Part shown: piece by piece, positions 26,065 through 35,236 of the stretch
Layout: each line of letters opens with the position of its first letter
How positions within the stretch are numbered: position 1 is the first letter of the stretch
Assembly: GCA_031389065.1 (NCBI GenBank)
Contig: JANMSG010000087.1
Span: 1 to 39,578 of the forward strand
Length of the DNA: 39,578 nt
Reading direction: 5' to 3'
Source: Acidobacteriota bacterium
Lineage (GTDB): Bacteria > Acidobacteriota > Blastocatellia > UBA7656
Notes under the pieces: model-generated
The model's database searches: none
Told to the model about the DNA's origin: nothing
Seen by the model: only the letters and a program-made list of their open reading frames with translations
Translations under genes and position numbers: made by a program

Positions 26065-27114
26065 ATGGGGATAAATTTTGAACAGGTTCATCACTGTCCC
26101 ATATGCGGGCAAGAAGAATTTAGAGTAGAGCACGGAAATGTCAAAGACTATTTGTGTGAGGTGGAAGGCAGTTTCAGGTATGTAAGATGTAACAATTGCG
26201 AATTGGTTTTCCTTAACCCACGACCGATTGCCTCGGATTTAGCAAAATGTTACTTGGATTATCATACCCATCAGGCCGAGCCGCTTCCGAAAAGCTTTCT
26301 GGAACAATGGGGAAATCCTACCCGCTGGATTCGCGGCGGGATTCTGGCAAAAAAATACGGATATGCACACCTCGCGCCATCTTCTTTAGCAACCTTTGCT
26401 GCCTGCTTGCTGGATCTATTTCCGCCAATTAAGCAGAGAGCAAGGTGTGGTTTAGGGGTTGGTTCAGCTAGTGGTCTACCTCCTTTCACTGGCAACGGCC
26501 GAGCGCTTGATATTGGCACAGGAAGCGGAATCTATGCTGCAACGCTCAAGCGATTAGGTTGGGAAGTCTCAGGAGTAGATTTTGATGCTAAGGCGGCAGA
26601 AGTTGCTGCCGCTTGTCATAACATAACCATACATAGAGATCAATTAGATAGAATCGGTTTTAAAGACAGCCATTTCGATTTTATATCCATGTTTGATGTC
26701 ATCGAGCATCTGGCGAAACCCCTCCATGATTTGCGTGAATGTTACAGAATTTTACGTCCCGGTGGGCGAATCATGATAAGAACACCTAACTATGACAGCT
26801 TGACGAGAAAGCTGTTCGGCAGGTATTGGAGAGGCTTAGAGGCTCCGCGTCACCTGTGTCTTTTCAATGCTGATAATCTCAAATATGCTGTAGAAAGCGT
26901 AGGGTTTCGTATCCTGAATGTTGTCAGCCCCGACAAGGGAACTGCTTATTACTTTAACTCGAGTCGGCGGTTTCAACAAAAAGATAAAAATCATGAATTT
27001 GGCTCTCATTCTATCAATGCGCAAATCAGATCAACGAAATTGCGTATGAAAATATTGAGTGCTTTAGGGCAAACGGCAGGTGATGTCCTTCATTTAGAGG
27101 CCATACATCCGTAA
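26065..27114 (+). CDS. Class I SAM-dependent methyltransferase with an N-terminal Cys4 zinc-ribbon
   Basis: HHCPICGQEEF...RCNNCELVF, then ALDIGTGSGIYAATLKRLGWEVSGVDFD and FDFISMFDVIEHLAKPLHDLRECYRILRPGGRIMIRTPN. Confidence 0.85.
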   Translation: MGINFEQVHHCPICGQEEFRVEHGNVKDYLCEVEGSFRYVRCNNCELVFLNPRPIASDLAKCYLDYHTHQAEPLPKSFLEQWGNPTRWIRGGILAKKYGYAHLAPSSLATFAACLLDLFPPIKQRARCGLGVGSASGLPPFTGNGRALDIGTGSGIYAATLKRLGWEVSGVDFDAKAAEVAAACHNITIHRDQLDRIGFKDSHFDFISMFDVIEHLAKPLHDLRECYRILRPGGRIMIRTPNYDSLTRKLFGRYWRGLEAPRHLCLFNADNLKYAVESVGFRILNVVSPDKGTAYYFNSSRRFQQKDKNHEFGSHSINAQIRSTKLRMKILSALGQTAGDVLHLEAIHP

Positions 27115-27148
27115 CCGATTGAGGAAGACAAAAGTAGGTTACTAAGCT

Positions 27149-28132
27149 ATGGATCAGCATCCTTGCGTGCATGTAGTGATTCTGAATTGGAACGGATTGC
27201 ACGATACTTTAGAGTGTCTTTCTTCTCTAATCACTCAAGACTATCCGTCCGTCGTCATTCACGTAATTGATAACGGCTCAGATGAAAACGAACCTGAAAT
27301 TATCAGGCAGCACTATCCCGAGGTAAATGTTATTGAGTTGCCACAAAACTTCGGCTTTTGCGGCGGCAATAATGTGGGCATCAGGCAAGCAATAGATCGG
27401 GGAGCAGATTATGTAATGATATTGAACAATGACACGATTGTTCCTCCTACTCTAATACAAGATCTGGTGGAAACGATGAAAAGCTTATCCGATGTAGGCG
27501 CGATAAGCCCGTTAATTCTTCAGTACCCCGATAAAGAAAAGATTTGGTTTGCCGGTTCGATTTGGGAGCCGGAAACCGCAGGATTTAGACACCTCCTGTC
27601 GGGACATTCGCGCAAAGAAGTAAACAGCGTTGATCCTTATCTCACACAATATGCTTGTGGCTGCTGTCTTTTAGTCAGCGCTTCTGTTTTACAGGCGATT
27701 GGGCTTATGGATGAAAAATATTTTGCTTACTATGATGAAGCCGATTGGTGTTCGCGTATGTCGAAATTGGGACTGAACTGCTATGTTGTACCTAACGCAA
27801 CGCTTTATCATAAAATTTCTCGCTCAACACCCAGTATAATAGCGACCTACTTAATGTCCAGAAATCGCCTGATTTGGATGCGCGACTATCTTACATGGAA
27901 AGAAAGATGGAAGTCTTATCCGTATTTATTCAAGGAATCTGCTTGGAACTTAGTAAATACTCTCAAGAAAAATTCAATCGATAGCGCGATCTCAAAAGAT
28001 CACAGCAAGGCAATGTTGCAAGGCATTTTAGATTATTTACGACGCAAATTGGGAGGATGGCCAAACAATATTGAGAAGCTTGCCAAAAGCGCCAGCGGAA
28101 CCCATACCATTCACGTGCTTAAACAAGAATAG
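27149..28132 (+). CDS. Family 2 glycosyltransferase (WbbL/rhamnosyltransferase-like layout)
   Basis: VHVVILNWNGLHDTLECLSSLITQDYPSVVIHVIDNGSDENE, GFCGGNNVG, MILNNDT, YDEADWC. Confidence 0.88.
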   Translation: MDQHPCVHVVILNWNGLHDTLECLSSLITQDYPSVVIHVIDNGSDENEPEIIRQHYPEVNVIELPQNFGFCGGNNVGIRQAIDRGADYVMILNNDTIVPPTLIQDLVETMKSLSDVGAISPLILQYPDKEKIWFAGSIWEPETAGFRHLLSGHSRKEVNSVDPYLTQYACGCCLLVSASVLQAIGLMDEKYFAYYDEADWCSRMSKLGLNCYVVPNATLYHKISRSTPSIIATYLMSRNRLIWMRDYLTWKERWKSYPYLFKESAWNLVNTLKKNSIDSAISKDHSKAMLQGILDYLRRKLGGWPNNIEKLAKSASGTHTIHVLKQE

Positions 28133-28156
28133 TATGGCTTCTTGAATCGTGCATAA

Positions 28157-29041
28157 ATGAGCATGGAACGACCAGCAAAACTATCAATTATTACGCCTTC
28201 ATATAATCAGGGACAGTTTGTAGAAGAGACCATCCTCTCTGTTCTCAATCAGAATTACCCTCATCTTGAATACATCGTCGTTGATGGCGGAAGTCCTGAT
28301 AATAGCATTGAAACCATCAAGCGTTATGAAAACCGGCTTGCTTCCTGGAGCAGCCAAGCAGATCGCGGACAGGTTCATGCCATCAACAAAGGTTTAGCAC
28401 AGGCTACGGGTGAGATTGTCGCTTATCTCAACAGTGACGATGTCTATTTGCCGGGAGCCTTTGCCGCGGTCGCAGAATATTTTCGCGCCCATCCGGATTG
28501 CCAATGGCTCTGCGGCGACACGGTTTTATTCGGTGAAGAGCAGGCGACCGAATTGATTCGCGCAAGGGTTCCCAAGTCGGCGGCGCATTGTCTTTCGTGG
28601 GCTTACACAGCTCCGCAGCCCGCCATGTTTTGGCAGCGCGAATTGCTCCGCACAGGTTTCGACGAACAATGGCGCTACTGTTTCGATCACGATCTGTATG
28701 TCCGTTTATTATTGGACGGCTATCAATGCCATTACTTGCCCTTACCCTTAGCCGCCTATCGTTTGCACGGCAGCAGCAAGACGGTTGCCGAATCCGGCGG
28801 CTTTGACAAAGAGTTTGACGCGATTGCCGAGCATTACGAAGCGAAACTGCACGGCGCGGATCGTCGTTGGAGCGTGGCCACAAGATTTCTGCGCCGCTCC
28901 TATGAATTGAGCAAGATGGGCAAGACTCGCGAAGCCAGAACCTGGCTGTTGAAGGCTTTGCTCAAACACCCCGAAGGCTTGCGACGACGTCCGTTTTGGG
29001 GATGTTTGCGAATGGTTTTGAAGGGCGCTATCTCTCACTAA
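28157..29041 (+). CDS. Family 2 glycosyltransferase
   Basis: LSIITPSYNQGQFVEETILSVLNQNYPHLEYIVVDGGSPDNSIETIKRY and YLNSDDVY. Confidence 0.88.
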   Translation: MSMERPAKLSIITPSYNQGQFVEETILSVLNQNYPHLEYIVVDGGSPDNSIETIKRYENRLASWSSQADRGQVHAINKGLAQATGEIVAYLNSDDVYLPGAFAAVAEYFRAHPDCQWLCGDTVLFGEEQATELIRARVPKSAAHCLSWAYTAPQPAMFWQRELLRTGFDEQWRYCFDHDLYVRLLLDGYQCHYLPLPLAAYRLHGSSKTVAESGGFDKEFDAIAEHYEAKLHGADRRWSVATRFLRRSYELSKMGKTREARTWLLKALLKHPEGLRRRPFWGCLRMVLKGAISH

Positions 29042-29113
29042 AACATTGAGCAGCAGAATCCAAAACGAAACAGTATGCATTAGGGGCACTCCCATCACTC
29101 GGGAATAGACTGC

Positions 29114-30547
29114 ATGGTTTTTAATTCCATAACCTTTATTATTTTCTTCGCAATCGTTTTGTTTCTTCACAACCTGCCGTTACCTTGGAAGGTAAAAAAG
29201 TCAAATCTGCTGATTGCGAGCTACATATTTTATGCCGCGTGGAATCCGCCGTTTGTCGTCTTATTGTGGCTGACAACAGTCGTTGATTGGTTTGTCGCCC
29301 AAACCATCGCGAAAACGGCAAATCTCTCCAAGAGGCGAATGCTGCTTTTGATTAGCTTGGCGGGCAATCTCGGGTTGTTAGGGTATTTCAAATACGGAAC
29401 CTTTATTCTGGAAAGCTTCGTTGCGACGTTACATTACTTCGGGGTCAACTATCACCCCGCCGCTCCCAATATCATATTGCCGATTGGCATTTCCTTTTAT
29501 ACCTTCGTGACGCTTTCCTACACCATAGACGTTTATCGAAACGAGATTGCGCCTTGCAAATCTTTTCTCGATTTTTCTTTGTTGGTGACCTTCTTTCCGC
29601 ATTTGGTGGCGGGCCCCATTCTTCGCGCTGCAGACTTTCTTCCGCAATGTGTAAAGCCTCACGTTGCCAACTCGCAACAACTGGGGTGGGGTTTTTCACT
29701 GGTGGTATTCGGACTCTTCGAGAAAGTCGTCTTAGCTGACACGCTGATGGCTCCGGTTGCCGACAAAATTTTTATCGCCGCAAACGGATTGGGATTCTTG
29801 CAGGCTTGGATTGGAACTTTTGCATTCGCTTCGCAGATTTATTTAGACTTTGACGGCTATTCGATAACCGCTATCGGCGTGGCGATGTGTTTGGGCTTTG
29901 TGTTTCCCGACAATTTCCGTTTTCCCTATGCCGCTGTCGGGTTTTCGGATTTCTGGCGGCGCTGGCATATCTCGCTTTCCAGTTGGCTGCGCGATTATCT
30001 CTACGTTTCGTTGGGCGGAAATCGTCAAGGCGAAATCAGAACTTATGTGAATCTAATGTTGACGATGTTGATTGGCGGATTGTGGCACGGCGCAGCTTGG
30101 CGTTTCGTGGTGTGGGGCGCTTTGCACGGGATCTATCTGGTTGTTGAACGCTTGTTAAAAAACATTTTTTCAGAGGCGGCAATTTTCAAGCATAAATTTG
30201 CTCAGGTCTTAATGGCGTTGCTGACTTTCCTTCTGGTGTGTATTACCTGGGTTTTCTTCCGCGCAGATCATTTGTCGGACGCCTGGCGAATGGCTTTGTC
30301 CATGTTCGGCTTTGGCAAGGCGAGCAAATCATTTTATGAATTGGGTGTTGATACGGGAGAGATTCGCTCTGTGCTCTTGGTGATGCTGGCGTTGTTTGTC
30401 ATGCATTGGAAATTGCGCAATTCGTCGCTTGAAGGGGCGGCAGAAAAAATTCCTTTGTGGGCGCGGTCGGTCGTGCTGGCAGGGTTGCTTTGGTTTATTG
30501 TCATCGTTCAGGGAGACAATCGTGCTTTCATTTACTTCCAATTCTAA
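29114..30547 (+). CDS. MBOAT-family membrane O-acyltransferase (AlgI/DltB-like)
   Basis: Polytopic protein. FWRRWHISLSSWLRDYLYVSLGGNR and GGLWHGAAWRFVVWGALHG (the MBOAT His). Confidence 0.9.
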   Translation: MVFNSITFIIFFAIVLFLHNLPLPWKVKKSNLLIASYIFYAAWNPPFVVLLWLTTVVDWFVAQTIAKTANLSKRRMLLLISLAGNLGLLGYFKYGTFILESFVATLHYFGVNYHPAAPNIILPIGISFYTFVTLSYTIDVYRNEIAPCKSFLDFSLLVTFFPHLVAGPILRAADFLPQCVKPHVANSQQLGWGFSLVVFGLFEKVVLADTLMAPVADKIFIAANGLGFLQAWIGTFAFASQIYLDFDGYSITAIGVAMCLGFVFPDNFRFPYAAVGFSDFWRRWHISLSSWLRDYLYVSLGGNRQGEIRTYVNLMLTMLIGGLWHGAAWRFVVWGALHGIYLVVERLLKNIFSEAAIFKHKFAQVLMALLTFLLVCITWVFFRADHLSDAWRMALSMFGFGKASKSFYELGVDTGEIRSVLLVMLALFVMHWKLRNSSLEGAAEKIPLWARSVVLAGLLWFIVIVQGDNRAFIYFQF

Positions 30548-31598
30548 TGACAGAATTCCCTCTGCTGATTGGGGGAAGGTTTGGATTCTCGTACTTGTTC
30601 TGTTTGCCTTGACGCTTGTCGTGTGGGAAGGGTTTTGGCGTTGGCAAGGGTTTCACAGAGTCCCGAAAGAACAAGATGTAAAACATTGGGTATTGATGAG
30701 AAAAGAGGCTTCACAATTGGGCGAAAAAGCTGCTGTTCTCATAGGGAGTTCGCGCATCATGACTGATATTGATGCGGATGTTTTTGCTGCTACAGCAGGC
30801 GTACAACCCATCCAACTCGGCATTTCAGGCGCTTCCCCTATATCGGTTTTGCAGCATCTTGCCGATGATAAATCTTTTACGGGAACGGTCATTTGCGATT
30901 TTCACGAAGTCTTTGTTTACACCTCTGAAGCTTCACAGGCAGTGAGACTCAGCCCGGATGATTTTTTGAAAGAATACGAAGGGCGCTCCTTTCTTGAGGA
31001 CTTGCTGCCGAAACGGCTTGAGAGTAGCGGCAAGGCTTTGTTGAAAGAGACCTTCGTTTTTCAAATGCAAGAACTCTCTCTTTCTAACGTGCTACACAAT
31101 ATGGTTAGGGGGAAACTCCCGCCGAAGCCCGAAGACCCCTATATGATTATCAAAGACGGAAAGATTTCCAATTTGAAAAATATTAAGGACAGCGACAAAG
31201 ATTTGCTGACAAAACACTTTGAAGACCTGACCATGAACTTTATCAATAAAGGTTCGATGTCTTGGGATAAACTGCCCAAGATAATCGCAAAAATTGAACG
31301 AGCGGTTGAAAAAATTCAAGGACGAGGCGGCAAAGTCACTCTTGTTTGCCTGCCAGTGAGCGGAAAACTCTGGGAGATTAACGAACAGTATTTTCCCAAA
31401 AAAACATACTGGGATTTTCTAGCCGCGAATACAAAGGCTAGGACGATTCATTTCAAAGATTACCCGTCATTGGCTGCATACGAATGTGTTGACGGTTCGC
31501 ATTTAGGCGGCAATGATGTGAAGACGTTTACGAAAGCGCTTATTGAAATCTTGTACGACGATAAAAAAGTGGTTGAGCAGAGGACAAAGATAGAATGA
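30522..31598 (+). CDS. Membrane-anchored SGNH/DltD-like partner of the MBOAT acyltransferase
   Basis: GTG at 30522 lies 5 nt after GGGAGA (26-nt overlap with the MBOAT gene). One N-terminal TM (VWILVLVLFALTLVVW). LIGSSRIM is a Ser-nucleophile block similar to the DltD G-S-S-E motif. C-terminal CVDGSHLGGND is a D-x-x-H block. The track's ATG at 30396 would overlap the MBOAT gene by 152 nt. Confidence 0.6.
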   Translation: MLSFTSNSNDRIPSADWGKVWILVLVLFALTLVVWEGFWRWQGFHRVPKEQDVKHWVLMRKEASQLGEKAAVLIGSSRIMTDIDADVFAATAGVQPIQLGISGASPISVLQHLADDKSFTGTVICDFHEVFVYTSEASQAVRLSPDDFLKEYEGRSFLEDLLPKRLESSGKALLKETFVFQMQELSLSNVLHNMVRGKLPPKPEDPYMIIKDGKISNLKNIKDSDKDLLTKHFEDLTMNFINKGSMSWDKLPKIIAKIERAVEKIQGRGGKVTLVCLPVSGKLWEINEQYFPKKTYWDFLAANTKARTIHFKDYPSLAAYECVDGSHLGGNDVKTFTKALIEILYDDKKVVEQRTKIE

Positions 31599-31696
31599 CA
31601 AAAGCACTGCTTACGGGAATCACCCGACAGGGCGGCTCCTATCTTGCCGAATTCCTATTGGCAAAAGCTACGAGGTTTTCGGCATCGTGCGGCGTT
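31595..31696 (+). pseudogene. gmd: 5' remnant of a GDP-mannose 4,6-dehydratase gene (frameshifted duplicate of 33077-33179)
   Basis: Hand alignment shows 4 substitutions and a 1-nt deletion (aaaagctacg versus aaaaggctacg) over 103 nt, about 95% identity. Its ATG overlaps the upstream stop (ATGA at 31595-31598). It reads [42 protein letters not shown], versus [34 protein letters not shown] in the intact gene. Confidence 0.85.
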
Positions 31697-31715
31697 GCTC
31701 AAGAAGATATAAAAA

Positions 31716-32933
31716 ATGATTGAAAGAAGAACCAGAAGTGGGAAAACGATATGGTTCATATTAACTATCGGCGCTTCCATAGGGTTTGTTTCATCTACAA
31801 TAGTAAAATTGGTTAATAGATTACCTTATCCTCCTAACTCAGATCAGGATGGATATCTTGCTGCCGGAGCAAACTTTGCAGAGTACTTCACCTTTATGCA
31901 GCGAGCTCCTCTCTATAGTATGTGGGTAGGTATTATCTATTTTTTTAGTGGTAAAAATCTGGAGACAACCTTCTTTGCCGAGAAGATAATTTCTATTTTG
32001 CTCTTCAGTATGTTGATGATCTGGCTGGGATGGAGATTGTTTGACAAATGGGCTGGACTGTTAATGTTTGTTTGGGTTTGGAATTGCAAATACTTACTTT
32101 TCGAGACAAATGGCTCGCACACATTGGCTGCTTGTCTGTTTATATTAAGTATCCTCGGTCTCTTTTTGCCTGCTAACATCAGACTTCCTGCCGCTATGCT
32201 GATGCTGTTCTTTTCTGCCATGTGCAGGTCGGAAATGTGGGTAGTATTTATAGGAGTGGCTGGTTGTCTTACCATAAAAAGATTCAGAGATTGGCGCAAC
32301 AATCAGGAAATCGCACCGTCCTCAGCGCGATTACAAGTTCCATACTGGATTGCAGCGGTCTTGATTGGAGGCGGATTTTATTTTACGTCGGCAGTGAATA
32401 TCTCTGCGCCTGAACCTGAGCGTCTATCCATTGCATTTGAGCAGAATTTTGCGATCAATTATATCGAAAGAAAAGGGCTGGCTCATCAATACAAGAATCC
32501 TTGGGTTGAATGGCATTCTATATGGTCAACGGCTCTACCAGATGCGGAAACCCCGTTTGAAGGTTTGCGTAAATACCCTGGAGAAATACTTGAGCATGGG
32601 ATCTATAATTTGCGGCTATTTGTTTATGCCTTTCCAGCTATCATTTTAGGGTTTGATTATCCAATATTAATGGGCTTTGCCTTTGGTTTCTGGGCGTTAT
32701 CTTTTGTAGCTTTTAATCATCCTTACCGCACGAAGCAAATTGATGGAGAGCTAAAAGGACTGCTGACAATATGGTTTGTGGCGATTCTCTTATTGATTCC
32801 GATCAGTATTGTGTTACGTGTGGCAGCCCGTTATTACATTCAATTGATGCCAGTTCAAATGATCATAGCTCTTGCCGTGGGGCGAATGATTCTTTCACGC
32901 TTTCCTAATTTGCAACGGCCATTCTCGCTATGA
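31716..32933 (+). CDS. Polytopic membrane protein, GT-C-like glycosyltransferase or polymerase candidate
   Basis: About 10 hydrophobic segments. The first loop has PPNSDQDGYLAAGANF (an acidic D-x-D-like motif, as in GT-C enzymes). GC is much lower than its neighbours: lines 31801 and 32041 have 20 and 21 G+C of 60, versus 32 of 60 at line 33301 in gmd. Confidence 0.55.
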   Translation: MIERRTRSGKTIWFILTIGASIGFVSSTIVKLVNRLPYPPNSDQDGYLAAGANFAEYFTFMQRAPLYSMWVGIIYFFSGKNLETTFFAEKIISILLFSMLMIWLGWRLFDKWAGLLMFVWVWNCKYLLFETNGSHTLAACLFILSILGLFLPANIRLPAAMLMLFFSAMCRSEMWVVFIGVAGCLTIKRFRDWRNNQEIAPSSARLQVPYWIAAVLIGGGFYFTSAVNISAPEPERLSIAFEQNFAINYIERKGLAHQYKNPWVEWHSIWSTALPDAETPFEGLRKYPGEILEHGIYNLRLFVYAFPAIILGFDYPILMGFAFGFWALSFVAFNHPYRTKQIDGELKGLLTIWFVAILLLIPISIVLRVAARYYIQLMPVQMIIALAVGRMILSRFPNLQRPFSL

Positions 32934-33076
32934 TTTTTGCACCTTTCATCTATGTATTTTCGAACGATGAAGCAACTCATACAAAGATGCCTTTATTGCT
33001 TGGTGTTGCGAAGCACATGACAAAGGATCACTTGTTACCAATGTGAAACTTGGAAGAATCAACAGGTAATTTGAAT

Positions 33077-34123
33077 ATGACAAAAGCACTAATTACGGGA
33101 ATCACCGGACAGGACGGCTCCTATCTTGCCGAATTCCTATTGGCAAAAGGCTACGAGGTTTTCGGCATCGTGCGGCGTTCCTCTTCCTTTAACACCGACC
33201 GCATCGAACACATTTATCAAGATCCGCACGAACCGAACGTAAAACTCAGGATGTTTTATGGCGACCTCAACGACGCCAGTTCACTCAATAAAATTCTGCG
33301 CGATTTGCAGCCCGATGAGATCTATAATTTGGGCGCGCAATCGCACGTTCGCGTGTCGTTTGATGTGCCGGAATACACGGCCGAAATTACCGCGCTTGGC
33401 GCTGTGCGCCTGCTCGAAGCAATCCGCGATTTAGGCTTGAAGCCGAAATTTTATCAAGCGTCGAGTTCGGAATTGTACGGCAAAGTTTTAGAAACTCCGC
33501 AAACCGAAACGACCCCTTTCTATCCGCGCTCGCCATATGCCTGCGCCAAAGCCTACGCCTACCACATCACTGTCAATTACAGAGAGAGTTACGACCTCTT
33601 TGCCTGCAACGGCATACTGTTCAATCATGAATCGGAGCGTCGGGGCGAAACCTTCGTAACGCGTAAAATCACTCGCGCCGCGACGCGTATCAAAGTTGGT
33701 CTGCAAGACAAGCTCTACCTGGGCAATCTGGATGCAAAACGCGATTGGGGACACGCGAAAGATTACATCGAAGCGATGTGGCTGATCTTACAGCAAGAGA
33801 TGGCGGACGATTACGTGATTGCGACGGGCGAGCAACATTCGGTGCAGGAGTTTGTCGAAGAGACCTTCGGCTTGCTCGAATTGGACTGGCAGGAGTACGT
33901 CAGGATTGACCCGCGTTATTTTCGTCCGGCAGAGGTCGAGACCTTGCTCGGAGATGCTTCAAAAGCGCGGCGCGTTCTGGGTTGGGAGCCGAAGATTTCC
34001 TTCAAAGAGTTGGTTCGCCTGATGGTCGAATCCGACATGAAAATCGCCCAACGTGAACGCCTCTTGACGGATGCGCCCGAAGAGTTCGCAGTTAATAAAC
34101 AGCATGAAAATTATCAGATATGA
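33077..34123 (+). CDS. gmd: GDP-mannose 4,6-dehydratase
   Basis: [47 protein letters not shown]..., [46 protein letters not shown]. This is a near-textbook Gmd. ATG at 33077 is preferred over the TTG at 33050. Confidence 0.95.
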   Translation: MTKALITGITGQDGSYLAEFLLAKGYEVFGIVRRSSSFNTDRIEHIYQDPHEPNVKLRMFYGDLNDASSLNKILRDLQPDEIYNLGAQSHVRVSFDVPEYTAEITALGAVRLLEAIRDLGLKPKFYQASSSELYGKVLETPQTETTPFYPRSPYACAKAYAYHITVNYRESYDLFACNGILFNHESERRGETFVTRKITRAATRIKVGLQDKLYLGNLDAKRDWGHAKDYIEAMWLILQQEMADDYVIATGEQHSVQEFVEETFGLLELDWQEYVRIDPRYFRPAEVETLLGDASKARRVLGWEPKISFKELVRLMVESDMKIAQRERLLTDAPEEFAVNKQHENYQI

Positions 34124-34154
34124 GGTTTGCAGTGAATCAATATCAGGGGAATGA

Positions 34155-35111
<957 letters not shown>

Positions 35112-35236
35112 TGCCCAGCTACGCTAAATACAATGTCTGGCTTTGTCTTTTTCAGCCAGCAGAGTTTCGCGCAAAGCCACAAAGACACGCAAAGAGAAAT
35201 CCCAGTTATCCATCCAGTTGAGTAAATCAGTTCTTC

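Noticed and set aside
30396-30521. ATG at 30396 as the start of the gene downstream of the MBOAT
   Set aside because: It would overlap the MBOAT CDS by 152 nt and would add a Cys/Arg-rich N-terminus. GTG at 30522 with GGGAGA 5 nt upstream sits just before the predicted TM helix.
33050-33076. TTG at 33050 as the gmd start
   Set aside because: Gmd proteins begin right at the [14 protein letters not shown] Rossmann segment. The duplicated remnant at 31595 also starts at the corresponding ATG.
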